NCBI GenBank assembly: GCA_024403365.1
Contig: JAKSRX010000001.1
Location: 401-64,400, forward strand
From: Acetatifactor sp.
Lineage (GTDB): Bacteria > Bacillota > Clostridia > Lachnospirales > Lachnospiraceae
Direction of reading: 5' to 3'
Length of the DNA: 64,000 nt
Made by a program: the position numbers and the translations under genes
In this document: piece by piece, positions 39,806 to 49,572 of the stretch
Position numbering within the stretch: position 1 is the stretch's first letter
Layout of the letters: each line of letters begins with the position of its first letter
Notes under the pieces: generated by a model
Seen by the model: only the letters and a program-made list of their open reading frames with translations
Told to the model about the DNA's origin: nothing
Databases searched by the model: none

Positions 39806-40544
39806 TGTGATACTCGCCTCCTTCTACATCACTGACGATAACGCCTCTGCGCATAGTAACTACACGCTTCTGGAAAGCGTCAACGATCTCTCTGTTATGG
39901 GTGACCACGATGACGGTAGTGCCGTGTTCGCGATTGATCTCCTCCAAAAGCTGCACGATCTCCCATGCACTGTTGGGGTCCAAGTTACCGGTGGGCTCGT
40001 CCGCAAGCAGAATCGCGGGTTTATTCACCAGTGCGCGGGCAATGGCTACTCTCTGCTGCTCACCGCCGGAAAGCTGGTCGATCCTTGCCTTATACTTGCC
40101 GGCAAGTCCTACCTGAGTCAGCACCTCGGGAACATTTTTACGGATCTCTGCAGGCTCTGCCTCTACGATCCTCTGGGCAAATGCCACATTATCGAAAACA
40201 TTTCTCTCAGGCAGCAGACGGAAATCCTGGAATACGAAACCGATGTTACGTCTGAACTTGGGAATCTTGCCATGACGAAGCTTTGAGGTCTTCTGACCCA
40301 TGACATACACATCGCCCTCGGTAGGCTTTAACTCACGAAGGATCAGTTTCAGCATGGTAGACTTACCGCTTCCGTTGTCACCTACCACGAATACAAACTC
40401 ACCCTTTTTAATATTCAATGAAATATCATTTACTGCAGGAAAATTATTCTGAGGAAATTCCATGCTGACATTTTCAAAGCAGATCACGCCTTTTTCTTCA
40501 ATCAGCTTCTCCCTTTCCTGCTGCAACTGTTCTTTTCTGCTCAT
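39795..40544 (-). CDS. ftsE: Cell division ABC ATPase FtsE
   Basis: GDNGSGKST, VFQDFRLL, LSGGEQQR, ADEPTGNLD; ATG 40544 avoids overlap with the upstream gene. Confidence 0.92.
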   Translation of the reverse strand: MSRKEQLQQEREKLIEEKGVICFENVSMEFPQNNFPAVNDISLNIKKGEFVFVVGDNGSGKSTMLKLILRELKPTEGDVYVMGQKTSKLRHGKIPKFRRNIGFVFQDFRLLPERNVFDNVAFAQRIVEAEPAEIRKNVPEVLTQVGLAGKYKARIDQLSGGEQQRVAIARALVNKPAILLADEPTGNLDPNSAWEIVQLLEEINREHGTTVIVVTHNREIVDAFQKRVVTMRRGVIVSDVEGGEYHNEG

Positions 40545-40557
40545 AAACAATCCCTTT

Positions 40558-41643
40558 CTAGAAATCTGCATTCTCCATGTACTTCATATACTTGACTACC
40601 ATCAGTGCGATCTTGAATGTGATGGCATCCTCGAAGACGCGAAGGTCCAGTCCGGTACCCTTCTGAAGCTTATCCAGACGGTATACCAGAGTATTTCTGT
40701 GAATGAACAGCTGTCTGCTTGTCTCGGAAACATTCAGGCTGTTCTCGAAGAATTTATAAATAGTGGTCAGAGTCTCATCATCAAACTCATCGGGGCTCTT
40801 ACCGCCGAAGATCTCGCGGATAAACATCTTGCAAAGAGGAATAGGCAGCTGATAGATCAGACGGCCGATACCCAGCTCGCTGTAAGCCACGATCACTCTC
40901 TCATCGAAGAAGATCTTTCCTACATCCAGAGCCATTCTTGCTTCCTTATAGGAACGGCTGACTTCCTTGATCTCACGGATCACGGTACCGTATGCGATAC
41001 GGATGTCCTTGATGCCTTCCTTAGCCAGATAATGCTCCAGAGACTTGGCAGCCTTGTCGATCTCCTTCACTGCGTCTCCGTCGGAAAGCTCCTTTACGAT
41101 GATCACATTGTTCTCGTCAACTGCGGTGATGAAGTCCTTGCTGGTGGCGCCGAAGTGAGTTCTGGTCAGTTCCAGGGCATTGTTATCGCGTCCGTTGCCG
41201 CTCTCCACGATCATGACCACTCTGGGTACATCGGTCTGGATGTGCAGTTTCTTGGAACGGCTGTAGATATCCACCAACAGCAGATTATCCAACAGCAGGT
41301 TCTTGATGAAGTTATCCTTATCGAAACGCTCCTTGTATGCTACCAGCAGATTCTGGATCTGGAACGCAGCCATCTTACCGATGACATACACATCCTCACC
41401 GATACCGCCGGCAACCAGAATATATTCCAGCTGATTCTCATCATAAATTTTAAAGTACTGATATCCCTGGATCTCCTGGGAGTCAGCAGGGGATGCCGCG
41501 AATTCCACAGCGGCGCGGGTGTTGTTGCCCATATCTGCCGTTGATGCAGCTTCCTTTCCATCCACATCCAGGACGCACATATCTACACGTGCAATGCTTT
41601 TCAATCCGTCAATGGTATTCTGTAAAATCTGATTTGAAATCAT
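40558..41643 (-). CDS. PucR/CdaR(SdaR)-family transcriptional regulator
   Basis: C-terminal HTH SLNVSETSRQLFIHRNTLVYRL. Confidence 0.88.
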   Translation of the reverse strand: MISNQILQNTIDGLKSIARVDMCVLDVDGKEAASTADMGNNTRAAVEFAASPADSQEIQGYQYFKIYDENQLEYILVAGGIGEDVYVIGKMAAFQIQNLLVAYKERFDKDNFIKNLLLDNLLLVDIYSRSKKLHIQTDVPRVVMIVESGNGRDNNALELTRTHFGATSKDFITAVDENNVIIVKELSDGDAVKEIDKAAKSLEHYLAKEGIKDIRIAYGTVIREIKEVSRSYKEARMALDVGKIFFDERVIVAYSELGIGRLIYQLPIPLCKMFIREIFGGKSPDEFDDETLTTIYKFFENSLNVSETSRQLFIHRNTLVYRLDKLQKGTGLDLRVFEDAITFKIALMVVKYMKYMENADF

Positions 41644-41798
41644 ATGGCCTTTCTCCTTACAATGAAAAACTACGAAACTGTCTTCTCCCTGTTACATAAA
41701 ACCTCAAAATTTGACTTCTAATAAGTCCTTTTAACCCTATTATAACAAATACTACAAAAAACCACAGGAAAATGCAAGGGTTTTTTATGAATAATAAC

Positions 41799-41836
41799 AA
41801 AAAAACTGCCTGATTTTCTGTATCAGACAGTTTTTT
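41799..41836. terminator. Bidirectional-type intrinsic terminator
   Basis: AAAAAACTGCCTGAT/ATCAGACAGTTTTTT. Confidence 0.65.
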
Positions 41837-41856
41837 AACCTGAAAGGAAATGCTTT

Positions 41857-42696
41857 TTACTTCACTCTGCGGATGGTCTTTTCGCCGATCTGGATCTTGC
41901 CCTGCTTTAACAGTCTGCCCACCGCACGTTTGAATTCGTTCTTGCTCATGCCGGTCTCGTACTTGATCACCTCGGGAGCAACCTTGTCATTGAAGGGAAG
42001 GGCGCCTTCGTAGCTGTCCAGAAGCGCCAGGATCTTCTCCGCATCCACATCCATCTGCACCGTCGCCTTCTCACGAATGCTTAAGTCTAACTTGCCGTCC
42101 TCCTTGACGCGAAGCACTCTGGCATCCACATCCATGCCTGCTTCCACCTTGCCGAAGAGTTCCTTGGCGGGAATCAGTGCGGAATAGATATTATCTACCG
42201 CAACGAAAGCGCCGAAACGCTCGCTGATCTCATACACTCTGCCGCGCACCCGGTCACCCACCTGATAACTGCTGTCAGTCCTCAGGTTCTGATAGACATT
42301 CATGGTGGCGCAAAGTCTGCTGCTCTTATCGATATACAGGGAAACCAGTACCTTGTCACCGGGATTTACATGACCTCTCTGCTCCTTGAAGGGAAGGAAC
42401 AGGTCCTTCTCCAGTCCCCAGTTTAAGAAAGCACCGAACTTTCCTGTCTGGGAAACGGTCAGCTCCGCTACGGTACCCATCATCAGAAGAGGGGTATTCA
42501 CGGTAGCGATCATTCTATCCTTGGAATCGCGGTATACGAAAACGGTAAGTTTATCACCCACCTCTGTTCCTGCGGGTACCTGCTTGATGGGAAGCAGAAT
42601 ATGTTCTGCCGCATCCTCGAAGCTTACCGCAAGGTACACACCGAATTCTACCTTCTTAACAACTACCAGTTCCTGTTTTTCACCTAATTTGAACAT
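41857..42696 (-). CDS. cvfB: CvfB/YitL S1-domain RNA-binding protein
   Basis: FGVYL, GAFLNWGLEKDLFLP, C-terminal MSKNEFKRAVGRL winged helix. Confidence 0.88.
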   Translation of the reverse strand: MFKLGEKQELVVVKKVEFGVYLAVSFEDAAEHILLPIKQVPAGTEVGDKLTVFVYRDSKDRMIATVNTPLLMMGTVAELTVSQTGKFGAFLNWGLEKDLFLPFKEQRGHVNPGDKVLVSLYIDKSSRLCATMNVYQNLRTDSSYQVGDRVRGRVYEISERFGAFVAVDNIYSALIPAKELFGKVEAGMDVDARVLRVKEDGKLDLSIREKATVQMDVDAEKILALLDSYEGALPFNDKVAPEVIKYETGMSKNEFKRAVGRLLKQGKIQIGEKTIRRVK

Positions 42697-42745
42697 TTTT
42701 AGTTTTCTCCGTTCTCACATCTCCTGTACTTTTGTACAGGGCAAT

Positions 42746-43453
42746 CTATTTCAGCAGGAATTCTGCTGCCAGATAAGCGCTGCCGCTCTCATCCTCCAGG
42801 CTCACGATCACCTGATCTCCCTCTACGATCACTCTGGGGATCAGTACATCCCTTAAGAAAGCCTGCTTCTTATACTCCGCTCTCACCTGTCGAATCACCA
42901 CATTCTCAGGGAGATAGTTCATGGCGATGGCCAGGAACTGCTCATTGTTCACATGATGATTGGTATCCAGATACTGCTGGGTGATCACCACGGGGTCGAA
43001 GACCTCTCCGCCTGCAGGCACCTTGATCTTTCTGGGAGCATACTCCATATCCAGCTTGTCTGCGATAGGGTATAAAGCATACATATCCTCCGGAATGCTG
43101 ACGGGGCGGCCGGTCTCGGTATCCAAAAGGCTCCACAAGGAGTTTGCTTTTGCCACATACTGTCCGGACTCATCCGTCATACAGAAGTTACGGGAACCCA
43201 AGAATGCCTTCAATTCATAAGGAACCGTGCCGATGGTCACATTTTCGCAAAGCTCCGGATATCTGTCCACCACGATCTGCCAGTAGGAAAGCACCCATAC
43301 GATGTGTCTTTCCTTCAGATTCTTCACACCGATGCCCAGATCCTCGGACTGGAAGGTGGAACAATCCTGGAAATAATTGATCAGCGCAGCCAGGGAAAGT
43401 TTTCCCTCACTGTCTACTTCACTGTATCTGATTCTACTGTTAAAACTATACAT
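42746..43453 (-). CDS. Acyl-ACP thioesterase (FatA-type hotdog fold)
   Basis: RIRYSEVD, YFQD, LDTNHHVNN. Confidence 0.88.
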   Translation of the reverse strand: MYSFNSRIRYSEVDSEGKLSLAALINYFQDCSTFQSEDLGIGVKNLKERHIVWVLSYWQIVVDRYPELCENVTIGTVPYELKAFLGSRNFCMTDESGQYVAKANSLWSLLDTETGRPVSIPEDMYALYPIADKLDMEYAPRKIKVPAGGEVFDPVVITQQYLDTNHHVNNEQFLAIAMNYLPENVVIRQVRAEYKKQAFLRDVLIPRVIVEGDQVIVSLEDESGSAYLAAEFLLK

Positions 43454-43472
43454 TTTCTCGCCTCCGGATCCC

Positions 43473-44495
43473 TTACTTTGCCAAGCCCAGAAGCTGCAGC
43501 AGGATCAACAACAGGAAAAATCCGATATAGAAGAGCATACCGGGATTGAAAATTGCAGTGGTGATCCTGTTTCCCTTGGGAAGCGCCTTGGGGGAATCCT
43601 CCACCAGTTTGTAATTACCCTTCACGATACCTACGATCAGAAGCACAAAGCCTGCAATGATCATACTGATGATGTAAAGGAAGAAGAATCCGTAGATGAT
43701 CCAGGGGATGGGATGTTCCATGATCACACGGAATGCTGCGGTAGGATCACTGCCGGTAGCAGCCTCCATATATTCATCGATATGCAGCTCATTGAGCAGA
43801 TTGGTAGCCACAAAGCCGCCCATAAAGTTAAAGATCATATGCATGGAAATGGTGATCCTGATATCGCCTGTCTTCACATAGACGAAAGCGAAATAACAGC
43901 CGATCACAAATGCATAGATAAACTGATTCAGGTTTGCATGGAACAGACCGAACATCAGGCCGGAAAGCAGGATCGCCACAGCCTTACCGTACTGCGCGGT
44001 GTGATCCACGATCAGCTTACGGAACATGAACTCTTCCATGATAGGCGCCATCATCACCATGTAGATCAACACTGTCAAAGGACTCACATTGGTTGCCACA
44101 TCCAAAATGGTGTTATCTACCATCTGTCCGCGCACCAAACCGATGATCCCGGTGATGATCAATCCGATGAAATTGGAAATATATGCCAGGCCGATACAGG
44201 TGATGCAGGTGGTAATGTATTGTCCCACGGTCATCTTATTTTTTACCGGTTTCACCTCGGGTACGGTCTTCTTCAGAGCAATATAGATCGCAGGGAATGC
44301 AACCAGATACATAGGCACCACGGACATGATCACCAGCTCCAGATTGGGATCCAGTTCCTTTACCCCCAGGGCGGTCAGGATCCTGCCGATCAATGCACTC
44401 ACGATCAGAATGATCACATAGCTGAACGCATAATAAAACCCGACCTTACTGATATTCCAACGGGCTTCCTTTTTCAACAGTTTCTGTTCTTCCAT
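43473..44495 (-). CDS. CPBP/Abi-family intramembrane metalloprotease
   Basis: APIMEEFMFRK, FGLFH, HMIFN. Confidence 0.9.
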   Translation of the reverse strand: MEEQKLLKKEARWNISKVGFYYAFSYVIILIVSALIGRILTALGVKELDPNLELVIMSVVPMYLVAFPAIYIALKKTVPEVKPVKNKMTVGQYITTCITCIGLAYISNFIGLIITGIIGLVRGQMVDNTILDVATNVSPLTVLIYMVMMAPIMEEFMFRKLIVDHTAQYGKAVAILLSGLMFGLFHANLNQFIYAFVIGCYFAFVYVKTGDIRITISMHMIFNFMGGFVATNLLNELHIDEYMEAATGSDPTAAFRVIMEHPIPWIIYGFFFLYIISMIIAGFVLLIVGIVKGNYKLVEDSPKALPKGNRITTAIFNPGMLFYIGFFLLLILLQLLGLAK

Positions 44496-44578
44496 TGCTG
44501 CACTCCTTGTTGTAATACATATTCCGCTTCAGTGTATCACACTCCATTTGGCTTGTATATACCTAATTCCCGGTATGT

Positions 44579-44607
44579 AAAAAGGCCCGGTGCAATGCAC
44601 CGGGTCT
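44579..44607 (-). terminator. Intrinsic terminator
   Basis: GGCCCGGTGCA/TGCACCGGGTC stem with adjacent A-run. Confidence 0.6.
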
Positions 44608-44628
44608 CACTCTTTTGACTCATGTTCC

Positions 44629-45297
44629 CTACTGTCCCAGGTTGCGGTAGAAGTTTCTCTCGAAGAACTCCTTCTCCTCATCGCAGGATACATACTTCTC
44701 TGTGGGAGGATCCGCAAGCTTGGCGGTCTCATCTACGGCGATGGGGATCACCACCGCTCTTGCGAAGATCAGAAATGCTTCATCTGCAAGGGTCACATCA
44801 TCCAAAATGATCTTTGCCAGTCTGGTATCCAGATTGGAATTGATGTACTCGATCATGATCCTGGTCTTCTTCTGGGCATCCAAGATACAGTAATAATAGG
44901 ATCTAGCGCCCAAGCCAACCTTATAACAATAGTACACCTGGCCGTCCAGGGTAAATACTTCAAAATCAAACTTAGTCTTCTTCAGCAATGTCTTCTTCAA
45001 GATCGCCGAAGCGGTAAAGCACTGACCACCGTTGTCTCCGTCTCCGGTCCTCTGCAGGATGCGGAAGCCTTTGACAGTAGGGGTCTGCGGTTCTATAGGA
45101 TACTGATAGTCAAATTTTACTCTGGGAACGTCGGTGGGTACATATTCAAATGTTCTGCCAAACATGTTGACCTTCACATTACGAATCATCTTTGTGATGG
45201 TCGCGATGGGCTTTTTGTCCAGTCCCTGTCCCTCCTGTCTGATTGCAAATGACAGGATAGACGGATCTTTTCTTTCGGCAAATACTTCAAATACCAT
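44629..45297 (-). CDS. Hypothetical protein, no recognised family
   Basis: 222-aa ORF with AAGGAAGGA RBS and its own downstream terminator. Confidence 0.7.
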   Translation of the reverse strand: MVFEVFAERKDPSILSFAIRQEGQGLDKKPIATITKMIRNVKVNMFGRTFEYVPTDVPRVKFDYQYPIEPQTPTVKGFRILQRTGDGDNGGQCFTASAILKKTLLKKTKFDFEVFTLDGQVYYCYKVGLGARSYYYCILDAQKKTRIMIEYINSNLDTRLAKIILDDVTLADEAFLIFARAVVIPIAVDETAKLADPPTEKYVSCDEEKEFFERNFYRNLGQ

Positions 45298-45414
45298 ATC
45301 CCGTCATCCTTCCTTTACGTCCTATTATAGACCCGTCAACCACGGTTAGCAATTTCTTTTGTAAAAAAATTTATGAACGAAATATGAATTTTGCTCTTCT
45401 CTCCCGCTCTGTCC

Positions 45415-47007
45415 TTAAGGTCTGGAGAACTGAGAGATGAACTTCCATGCATTCTCATTGGTATGATGTCTGCACTCGTGTACCTGCTCACTGATGCTTG
45501 CGAAGGCTGTTCTGCAGACACCGTCCTCGCTGTCGTAGTAGCGAACGGTAAGGATGCTGCCTCTGGATTCATCGGGGATCTTTTCCACGCGATCGGGCTC
45601 TGCGCCGTACATAGGATCCGCCCAGGCATCCTTGTTGTCGAAGGTCACATCAAATTTTGCCTTCAATTTGTTGACCTCTGCCGCATACTGAACTCTCTCA
45701 AGGCCGGACTCTGCCTGGAAGGGAAGCTCAGGCAGGTGAGAACGCTCGCCGCCGGAATAGAACAGAGGCACTGCCACGGTAGTGTTCAGTTTGTCGCCCA
45801 GATCCTTGCCGAAAGGATTGTTTCTCACAGGGAAAAGGGCACTGGCGGGAGCCATGCCTGCGAAGAGTTCCGGATACTCCTGATACATATCCCAGGTCTT
45901 GCCGCTGCCCATAGAGAAGCCGGTAGCATAGATGCGCTTCTCGTCAACCGCATACTTTTTCTTCAGATGCTCGATGACCTGCACTACTTCCGTAGCGGTC
46001 ACGAACTGATGATTTTCGATAGCAACATAGAAAAATCCGTATCTGTGGCAGATCTCCCACCAACCTGACACAAATGTCAGAAACATGGAGGAGTCTCCGC
46101 CGCCGTGGAATCCGATCAAAGTAGGCACAGGGCCGTTATCGAAGAGCCCATTGTTATAATATGCAAAATAGCCTACCTTGTGTGTGCTCTCCTTGATCAT
46201 TCTGTTGTCGGGAGAGGTCTGTACTTCCACACAGCCTGCTTCCTCGGTCATATTCAGTGCTGCAAAATCAGGCTCGATCTCCATATTGCCGCACCACATC
46301 TTGAACTTGCGAACGAAGGACTTGAAGTCTGCCTCATAGTCAGCCGCAGCCTTCACTAAAAGGTTCTCGCAGCCTGCAAAAGCTGCGTTCACTTCCGCAC
46401 TGTTGCCTACGCTCAGAATACCGATATCTTTTCTCTCGGGTGCGGGAACGACGCTGAGTCTCTCCATGGAGCACATAGCGGGAGTGATCTCGCCGGGTCC
46501 CCACAGATACTCGCCCTGCAGTGTCTTTAACAGATTCTTTGCCACATAATCAGCGGATGCGCCATAGCTGTAGATATCCGCACGGAAGATCGCACCTCTG
46601 ATGAAATATCCCTTGAACTCCTGCGTAAAGAAGTTGTGGATCTCGCAGATGCCGTCCTCATAGCGGGGATCCATCTTCACCTCAGCGATCACGGAAGCAT
46701 ACAGATCCTCGTCTGCAGCAGCCCAGCCGCCTTCCCTGCTGGGATAGATAAACAATACGCTGGCATCCACAGCGGAAGCGATCTTCGCAAGTCCGCTCTT
46801 CTCCGCGAAGGCAATTGCCTCCTCCTTTGTCTGTCTGGTCTCCTCGAAAACCAGAAGCAAAGGTGCTCTGAAGGTATAGTTGTTCACCTGTCCGTCGATC
46901 TCGGTGGCAGGCACATAAGCCTTCAAATAAAACTTCTCATACTCGTGTTCCCAATACTTTCCGCCGTCAGCAAGCTTGCTGACAGCAGGTCTCTCCATTA
47001 ACCCCAT
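45415..47007 (-). CDS. Cytoplasmic alpha/beta-hydrolase (carbohydrate esterase/PHB-depolymerase-like) with an unassigned N-terminal domain
   Basis: [16 protein letters not shown] nucleophile elbow, [10 protein letters not shown]-terminal His. Confidence 0.7.
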   Translation of the reverse strand: MGLMERPAVSKLADGGKYWEHEYEKFYLKAYVPATEIDGQVNNYTFRAPLLLVFEETRQTKEEAIAFAEKSGLAKIASAVDASVLFIYPSREGGWAAADEDLYASVIAEVKMDPRYEDGICEIHNFFTQEFKGYFIRGAIFRADIYSYGASADYVAKNLLKTLQGEYLWGPGEITPAMCSMERLSVVPAPERKDIGILSVGNSAEVNAAFAGCENLLVKAAADYEADFKSFVRKFKMWCGNMEIEPDFAALNMTEEAGCVEVQTSPDNRMIKESTHKVGYFAYYNNGLFDNGPVPTLIGFHGGGDSSMFLTFVSGWWEICHRYGFFYVAIENHQFVTATEVVQVIEHLKKKYAVDEKRIYATGFSMGSGKTWDMYQEYPELFAGMAPASALFPVRNNPFGKDLGDKLNTTVAVPLFYSGGERSHLPELPFQAESGLERVQYAAEVNKLKAKFDVTFDNKDAWADPMYGAEPDRVEKIPDESRGSILTVRYYDSEDGVCRTAFASISEQVHECRHHTNENAWKFISQFSRP

Positions 47008-47031
47008 AACAATTCTCCCTCATATTAAAAA

Positions 47032-47958
47032 TTATATTTCTTCCACGCCGTCGCACTTATCGACAGTGGTGATAGAACCGTCTTCATTGTACTTGAACTC
47101 CGCTACGCATACGGATCTGTGGAACAGGCTTCCTCCGGGCAGTTCGTCGGTATGATAGAACAGGTAGGAATGTCCCTTGAAATCTGCGATACCGGGATGG
47201 TTGGTAAAGCAGGGGCCCTCCTCCATCAGCACGCCGCCGTAGGTCCAGGGACCGGTAGGATTGGGGGAAGTAGAATAAGCAAGGTGCTCGTTTCTGTGCT
47301 GTCCCTCCTCAGCGTATGCAAATGCAGCAAATACCATATAGTACAGATCATCCTTCTTGTAGAACCAGGGGCCCTCACCGTAAGTGGTTCCGGTCATGTG
47401 GCTGCCCTTGCCGAAGGACTCTACGGTCATAGGGATCTTGCAGATGCCAACGGTCTCGTCGTAGGAGATCATATCCTCGTTCAGCAGTACATAACGAAGC
47501 TCGGGGTTACCGAAATACAGGTAAGCCTGGCCGTCATCATCGATGAAAACCGTAGGATCGATGTCATTCCAGTCGCCCTCATCCACCAGGGGATGTCCCA
47601 GATCCTTGAAAGGTCCGTAGGGAGTATCGGAAATACCTACTGCGATAGCCATACCGCCGTCCTTTTTATGTACGGGGCAGTAAAGATAAAACTTACCGTT
47701 GCGCTCGCAGCACTGAGGTGCCCATGCTCTGTCATCTGCCCACTCGATATCATCCAGGGAAAAGATGGTGCCGTGATCGGTCCAATGTACCATATCCTTG
47801 GTGGAGAAGCAGCTCCAGTCGTACATGGTATAGAAATCATTTACCAGCACATCTTCATCATGGGTTGTATAAAGGTACAGAGTATCGCCGTACACCATAG
47901 GTGCGGGATCTGCTGTATATCTTGTTGAAATGATCGGGTTTTTGCTTTTCATATCCAT
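47032..47958 (-). CDS. Glycoside hydrolase family 43 (arabinofuranosidase/xylosidase), no signal peptide
   Basis: TADP, WTDHG, AWAP, IDPTVFIDDDG, EGP, TNH. Confidence 0.92.
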   Translation of the reverse strand: MDMKSKNPIISTRYTADPAPMVYGDTLYLYTTHDEDVLVNDFYTMYDWSCFSTKDMVHWTDHGTIFSLDDIEWADDRAWAPQCCERNGKFYLYCPVHKKDGGMAIAVGISDTPYGPFKDLGHPLVDEGDWNDIDPTVFIDDDGQAYLYFGNPELRYVLLNEDMISYDETVGICKIPMTVESFGKGSHMTGTTYGEGPWFYKKDDLYYMVFAAFAYAEEGQHRNEHLAYSTSPNPTGPWTYGGVLMEEGPCFTNHPGIADFKGHSYLFYHTDELPGGSLFHRSVCVAEFKYNEDGSITTVDKCDGVEEI

Positions 47959-48038
47959 TCTCCTTTTTAGTAAAACGTTAAACCAAATCTATTATAAGGG
48001 AATTTTCCCTTTGAAGCAATCGCTACTTTTTGTCATTT

Positions 48039-48881
48039 CTACAGTTCAAAAGTCAGACCTGTGGTCAGCGGCTCTACGATGTCGCCCAGTCTTTCCTTCA
48101 GTTTCGCAAACCCTACCGCGCCGGTACAGTGACCGATATAGACCTTTTGGATCTTTTCCCTGCGGATCGCTGCCGCCATTTCATCCAGTTCCGGATCACT
48201 GTAGGTGCAGATCTCTCTTCCCTGCTCGTCCTTACCTTTCAGATGCAGTCCTCCCACAAAGGCATAAATAGGCCGAGTAAATATCTGCCTTACTTCCTGA
48301 AGGGTATTCTTCAGCCCGCTATGGCAGCAACTGCTGAATATGACGAGACCCTTTTCGGTCTTCACCGCCACTGTGATCTCATGCAGAAAGTCATCGGGCA
48401 CGAGACTTCCTTCCTGCATTTTGTATAGATGATTTCTCTCTCCGATATGCGCCAGATGATCCGGTTTGTGACTGATCAGGAAGAAGATCTCCTGTAATTT
48501 TACGGTTTTCTCAACGTAAAAAAATCTGCTGCTGTTCATAAACGCCATAGTAGGCGCACCGATAAATCGATCTCCGGAATAGAATAGGTCCTGGATCTCC
48601 TTGCGGGCAACGACCTTTCCTTCGGGGCACTCTTTAAAATAAGCTCCTATTCCGCCGGTATGGTCATAATGCGCATGGGAAATAAGCACACATTCCGCTT
48701 CTGTCAGATCAATGCCCAGAAGGCGCGCATTCTCCACAAAAGCCCCACTGCTGCCGGTATCCAATATTAACTTTGTTCCTGCTTGCTCGATCCACAGGCT
48801 CAGTCCGTGTTCCTTTTGCAGTCCCTCCAGGGGTGTCTCACATGTATTTTCGATCAAAACCGTTACTTTCATTAGGTTCAC
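48039..48881 (-). CDS. MBL-fold metallo-hydrolase
   Basis: EHGLSL, DTG, SHAHYDHTGG, CCHSG, GGLH, GHCTG. Confidence 0.9.
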   Translation of the reverse strand: MNLMKVTVLIENTCETPLEGLQKEHGLSLWIEQAGTKLILDTGSSGAFVENARLLGIDLTEAECVLISHAHYDHTGGIGAYFKECPEGKVVARKEIQDLFYSGDRFIGAPTMAFMNSSRFFYVEKTVKLQEIFFLISHKPDHLAHIGERNHLYKMQEGSLVPDDFLHEITVAVKTEKGLVIFSSCCHSGLKNTLQEVRQIFTRPIYAFVGGLHLKGKDEQGREICTYSDPELDEMAAAIRREKIQKVYIGHCTGAVGFAKLKERLGDIVEPLTTGLTFEL

Positions 48882-48911
48882 CTCTCCTATTTTCTGCTAA
48901 AAGTATACCAC

Positions 48912-48953
48912 AAAAAGAAAAGAAGGGATATGCCCTCCGGCAACATCCCTTCT
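48912..48953 (-). terminator. Intrinsic terminator
   Basis: AGAAGGGAT/ATCCCTTCT stem with adjacent A-run. Confidence 0.55.
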
Positions 48954-49569
48954 AAAATTCACAATAAATAATTAACAGCATCAGCACTCTGATATACAAA
49001 AAGCCAAAGAGCAAAATATCCCAAACGATACCATATCCTGTCTTGTCGATCACTGTCGTCCACAGCTTTGCACAAAGAAGGAAGAAGCATGCCCCAAACA
49101 GGAACATGGTAACATAGAGCAGGCTGGGGAACAGGAGCCCCGCCAGAAAGAAGACTCCTCCAAGGATCAGGAAAACTTTATCCCGGGAGTTCACAGAAAT
49201 CTCCAATTTGGTCCCTGCCAAGTAAAGAAGCGCCAGTGCAATGGCAAATCGCAGCAGGATATAAACCTCGGAGACAAGGCTGGAGATCACATCGATCCTG
49301 GGCAAAGTACCGCCAAGGCAGGAATTGATCCAGGTGGCCGGGATCTGGCAGGAAAGTGCAAACCAGAAAGCCAGGCATCTGTAGGCAGTCAAAGCATTCC
49401 ATTTCTTTGTAAAAAGAAAAGCAAGCACACACACCACCAGACTGCAACCCAGGGAGAGATACCCTGAGAGTCCGCCGTGCCTAAGTTTATAACAATACCC
49501 CAGCACCAGCATCACGCTTAAGAGCAAGGGGAAAAATATCATATAGATCGGTTCCAGTTTCTTTTTCAT
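48952..49569 (-). CDS. Hypothetical integral membrane protein (about 6-7 TMs)
   Basis: Hydrophobic 205-aa ORF starting 3 nt after the upstream gene's stop. Confidence 0.7.
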   Translation of the reverse strand: MKKKLEPIYMIFFPLLLSVMLVLGYCYKLRHGGLSGYLSLGCSLVVCVLAFLFTKKWNALTAYRCLAFWFALSCQIPATWINSCLGGTLPRIDVISSLVSEVYILLRFAIALALLYLAGTKLEISVNSRDKVFLILGGVFFLAGLLFPSLLYVTMFLFGACFFLLCAKLWTTVIDKTGYGIVWDILLFGFLYIRVLMLLIIYCEF

Positions 49570-49572
49570 AAC

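Noticed and set aside
40558-41643. Treating this regulator as a second c-di-AMP CdaR
   Set aside because: Name collision only: it is a PucR/SdaR-type HTH regulator, unrelated to YbbR-type CdaR
47959-48038. cre/LacI-type operator upstream of the GH43 gene (GTAAAACGTTAAAC)
   Set aside because: Weak partial palindrome in AT-rich DNA; not supportable without comparative data
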